Assembly: GCF_029227915.1 (NCBI RefSeq)
Contig: NC_079879.1
Coordinates: forward strand, 27,379,095-27,443,094
Direction of reading: 5' to 3'
Length of the DNA stretch: 64,000 nucleotides
DNA from: Hydractinia symbiolongicarpus
Taxonomy: Eukaryota
The translations under genes were made by a program, and so were the position numbers. Of this stretch, positions 59,901 through 64,000 are shown one piece after another. Each line of letters starts with the position of its first letter. The stretch's first letter is position 1. The notes beneath the pieces were generated by a model. The model was given only the letters and a program-made list of their open reading frames with translations, had not been told where the DNA came from and searched no databases.

Positions 59901-62900
59901 CCTGAATTATTCTGTACCCCCCTACAGTTCTGGGCGTGCAAATATCTGGCTACGCCATAGGGGGTACAGAAAACGTCAGTTATTAATGCCTGAATTATTC
60001 TGTACCCCCCAACAGTTCTAGGCGTACAATATCTGGCAACGCGATAGGGGGTACAGAAAAAATCAGGTATGAATGCCTGAATTATTCTGAACCCCCTACA
60101 GTTCTGGGCGTACAAATATCTGGGTACGCCATGGGGGGTACAGAAAAAATCAGGTATGGATGCCTGAATTATTCTGTACCCCCCTACAGTTCTAGACGTA
60201 CAATATCAGGCAACGCCATAGGGGGTACAGAAAAAATCAGGTATTAATGCCTGAATTATTCTGTACCCCCCTACAGTTCTAGGCGTACAATATCTGGCAA
60301 CGCCATAGGGGGTACAGAAAAAATCAGGTATGTATGCCTGAATTATTCTGTACCCCCTACAGTTCTGGGCGTGTCAATCTCTGGCAACGCCATAGGGGGT
60401 ACAGAAAAAATCAGGTATGAATGCCTGAATTATTCTGTACCCCCTACAGTTCTGGGCGTACAAATATCTGGGTACGCCATGGGGGGTACAGAAAAAATCA
60501 GGTATGGATGCCTGAATTATTCTGTACCCCCTACAGTTCTGGGCGTGCAAATATCTGGCAACGCCATAGGGGGTACAGAAAAAATCAGGTATGAATGCCT
60601 GATTTATTCTGTACCCCCTACAGTTCTGGGCGTGCAAATATCTGGCAACGCCATAGGGAGTACAGAAAAAATCAGGTATGTATGCCTGAATTATTCTGTA
60701 CCCCCTACAGTTCTGGGCGTGCAAATATCTGGCAACGCCATAGAGGGTACAGAAAAAATCAGGTATGGATGCCTGAATTATTCTGTACCCCCTTACAGTT
60801 CTGGGCGTACAAATATCTGGGTACGCCATGGGGGGTACAGAAAAAATCAGGTATGGATGCCTGAATTATTCTGTACCCCCCTACAGTTCTAGACGTACAA
60901 TATATGGCAACGCCATAGGTGGTACAGAAAAAATCAGGTATTAATGCCTGAATTATTCTGTACCCCCCTACAGTTCTAGGCGTACAATATCTGGCAACGC
61001 CATAGGGGGTACAGATAAAATCAGGTATGTATGCCTGAATTATTCTGTACCCCTCACAGTTCCGGGCGTGTAAATCTCTGGCAACGCCATAGGGGGTACA
61101 GAAAAAATCAGGTATGGATGCCTGAATTATTCTGTACCTCCCTACAGTTCTGGGCGTACAAATATCTGGGTACGCCATGGGAGGTACAGAAAAAATCAGG
61201 TATGGATGCCTGAATTATTCTGTACCCCCCTACAGTTCTAGGCGTACAATATCTGGCAACGCCACAGGGGGTACAGAAAAAATCAGGTATGAATGCCTGA
61301 ATTATTCTGTACCCCCCTACAGTTCTGGGCGTGCAAATATCTGGCAACGCCATAGAGGGTACAAAAAAAATCAGGTATTAATGCCTGAATTATTCAGTAC
61401 CCCCCTACAGTTCTAGGCGTACAATATCTGGCAACGCCATAGGGGGTACATAAAGCGTCAGGTATTAATGCCTGAATTATTCTGTACCCCCCTGCAGTTC
61501 TAGGCGTACACTATCCGGCAACGCCATAGGGGGTACAGAAAAAATCAGGTATGAATGCCTGAATTATTCTGTACCCCCTACAGTTCTGGGCGTGCAAATA
61601 TCAGGCAACGCGATAGGGGGTACAGAAAAAATCAGGTATTAATGCTTGAATTTTTCTATACCCCCCAACAGTTCTGGGCGCACAATATCTGGCAACGGGA
61701 TAGGGGGTACAGAGAAAATCAGGTATGAATGCCTGAATTATTCTGTACCCCCTACAGTTCTGGGCGTGCAAATATCTGGCAACGCCATGGGGGGTACAGA
61801 AAAAATCAGGTATGGATGCCTGAATTATTCTGTACCCCCCTGCAGTTCTGGGCGTACAAATATCTGGGTACGGCATGGGGGGTACAGAAAAAATCAGGTA
61901 TGGATGCCTGAATTATTCTGTACCCCCCTACAGTTTTAGGCGTACAATATCTGGCAACGCCACAGAGGGTACAGAAAAAATCAGGTATGAATGCCTGAAT
62001 TATTCTGTACCCCCCTACAGTTCTGGGCGTACAAATATCTGGGTACGCCATGGGGGTTACAGAAAAAATCAGGTATGTATGCCTGAATTATTCTGTACCC
62101 CCTACAGTTCTGGGCGTGTCAATCTCTGGCAACGCCATACGGGGTACAAAAAAAATCAGGTATGGATGCCTGAATTATTCTGTACCCCCCTGCAATTCTG
62201 GGCGTACAAATATCTGGGTACGCCATTGGGGGTACAGAAAAAATCAGGTATGGATGCCTGAACTATTCTGTACCCCCTACAGTTTTAGGCGTACAATATC
62301 TGGCAACGCCACAGGGGGTACAGAAAAAATCAGGTATGAATGCCTGAATTATTCTGTACCCCCCTACAGTTCTGGGCGTGCAAATATCTGGGAACGCCAT
62401 AGCGGGTACAGAAAAAATCAGGTATTAATGCCTGAAATATTCTGTACCCCCCTACAGTTCTAGGCGTACAATATCTGGCAACGCCATAGGGGGTACAGAA
62501 AAAATCAGGTATGTATGCCTGAATTATTCTGTACCCCTTACAGTTCTGGGCGTACAAATATCTGGCAACGCCATAGGGGATACAGAAAAAATCACGTATG
62601 GATGCCTGAATTATTCTGTACCCCCTTACAGTTCTGGGCGTACAAATATCTGGGTACGCCATGGGGGGTACAGAAAAAATCAGGTATGGATGCCTGAATT
62701 ATTCTGTACCCCCTTGCAGTTCTAGGCGTACAGTATCCGGCAACGCCAGAGGGGGTACAGAAAAAATCAGGTATGAATGCCTGAATTATTCTGTACCCCC
62801 CTACAGTTCTGGGCGTGCAAGTATCTGGCTACGCCATAGGGGGTACAGAAAACGTCAGGTATTAATGCCTGAATTATTCTGTACCCCCTACAGTTCTGGG

Positions 62901-64000
62901 CGTGCAAACATCTGGCTACGCCATAGGGGGTACAGAAAACGTCAGGTATTAATGCCTGAATTATTCTGTACCCCCCAACAGTTCTAGGCGTACAATATCT
63001 GGCAACGCGATAGGGGGTACAGAAAAAATCAGGTATGAATGCCTGAATTATTCTGTACCCCCTACAGTTCTGGGCGTACAAATATCTGGGTACGCCATGG
63101 GGGGTACAGAAAAAATCAGGTATGGATGCCTGAATTATTCTGTACCCCCCTACAGTTCTAGACGTACAATATCAGGCGACGCCATAGGGGGTACAGAAAA
63201 AATCAGGTATTAATGCCTAAATTATTCTGTACCCCCCTACAGTTCTAGGCGTACAATATCTGGCAACGCCATAGGGGGTACAGAAAAAATCAGGTATGTT
63301 TGCCTGAATTATTCTGTACCCCCTACAGTTTTGGGCGTGCAAATATCTGGCACCGCCACAGGGGGTACAGAAAAAATCAGGTATGGATGCCTGAATTTTT
63401 CTGTACCCCCCTACAGTTCTGGGCGTGCAAATATCTGGCGACGCCATAGAGGGTACAGAAAAAATCAGGTATGAATGCCTGAATTATTCTGTACCCCCCT
63501 ACAGTTCTGGGCGTACAAATATCTGGTAACGCCATAGGGGGTACAGAAAGCGTCAGGTATTAATGCCTGAGTTATTCTGTACCCCCCTGCAGTTCTAGGC
63601 GTACACTATCCGGCAACGCCATAGGGGGTACAGAAAAAATCAGGTATGAATGCCTGAATTATTCTGTACCCCCTACAGTTCTGGGCGTGCAAATATCTGG
63701 CAACGCGATAGGGGGTACAGAAAAAATCAGGTATTAATGCTTGATATATTCTGTACCCCCCAACAGTTCTAGGCGTACAATATCTGGCAACGCGATAGGG
63801 GGTACAGAAAAAATCAGGTATGAATGCCTGAATTATTCTGTACCCCTTACAGTTCTGGGCGTGCAAATATCTGGCAACACCATAGGGGGTACAGAAAAAA
63901 TCAGGTATGTATGCCTGAATTATTCTGTACCCCCTACAGTTCTGGGCGTGCAAATATCTGGCAACGCCATAGGGGGTACAGAAAAAATCAGGTATGGATG
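56915..64000. repeat. tandem satellite, 87-88-bp monomer (~81 copies in window, array continues beyond window end), with higher-order repeat structure
   Basis: Consensus-like monomer atcaggtatgRatgcctgaattattctgtaccccc(c)tacagttctgggcgtacaaatatctggcaacgccatagggggtacagaaaaa. Monomer subtypes tgcagttctaggcgtacagtatccgg and aacagttctaggcgtacaatatctgg recur with period. All long ORFs on both strands here are repeat artefacts. Confidence 0.95.

Noticed and set aside
56791-63953. Dozens of 60-170-aa ORFs on both strands across the satellite (e.g. MGGTEKIRYGCLNYSVPP..., MAYPDICTPRTVGGYRIIQ...)
   Set aside because: They are produced by the 87-88-bp periodicity, which is not a multiple of 3 so all frames recur. 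They overlap on both strands and have no start context. They are repeat artefacts.
1-64000. Prokaryote-style features (operons, RBS-led genes, CRISPR arrays, rRNA or tRNA operons)
   Set aside because: The sequence is clearly eukaryotic: GT-AG introns with phase-consistent exons, LINE/SINE content, and a satellite higher-order repeat. The only CRISPR-like regularity is the satellite, which has no spacers.

Overview
This window is eukaryotic (metazoan-type) genomic DNA with spliced host genes and many transposable elements, and it ends in a tandem satellite longer than 7 kb. There are no prokaryotic operon or CRISPR features.

Host genes:
- A minus-strand RhoGAP gene. Its GAP-domain exons (6533..5038) closely resemble ARHGAP11A/MP-GAP. 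Its terminal exon (2570..1347) encodes a long Ser/Thr-Pro-rich tail.
- A plus-strand multi-exon gene of unknown identity (33508..44636).
- An intronless METTL7/TMT1-like methyltransferase with a membrane anchor (53188..54138, minus).

Repeats:
- A near-full-length single-ORF APE+RT LINE (RTE-like, 9175..12628) with an (ATG)n tail. A 0.8-kb internal fragment of the same family lies in an intron at 37110..37895.
- A 5'-truncated poly(A)-tailed LINE RT fragment (24207..25690).
- A tRNA-derived SINE family with (ATCT)n tails: three full copies and four partial copies.
- A decayed pogo/Tigger-like transposase (20441..22183).
- A 1.3-kb Tc1/mariner-type non-autonomous element with a TA target-site duplication (31167..32475).
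- A MITE family with AGGCCTTTTCAGG termini.

The most notable feature is a 4296-bp TIR transposon (47193..51488) with 33-bp perfect TIRs and a 6-bp target-site duplication GTTTTA. It carries two convergent, intron-containing genes. One is an HTH + rve-type DDE integrase with an intact D-D-E triad. The other encodes a minimised HECT ubiquitin-ligase-like protein that keeps only the N-lobe start and the catalytic-Cys C-lobe end. A decayed homolog of the integrase sits at 13759..14870.

The window closes with a satellite of 87-88-bp monomers (56915..64000+). It shows 1.31/1.39-kb higher-order periodicity and dyad symmetry within each monomer.
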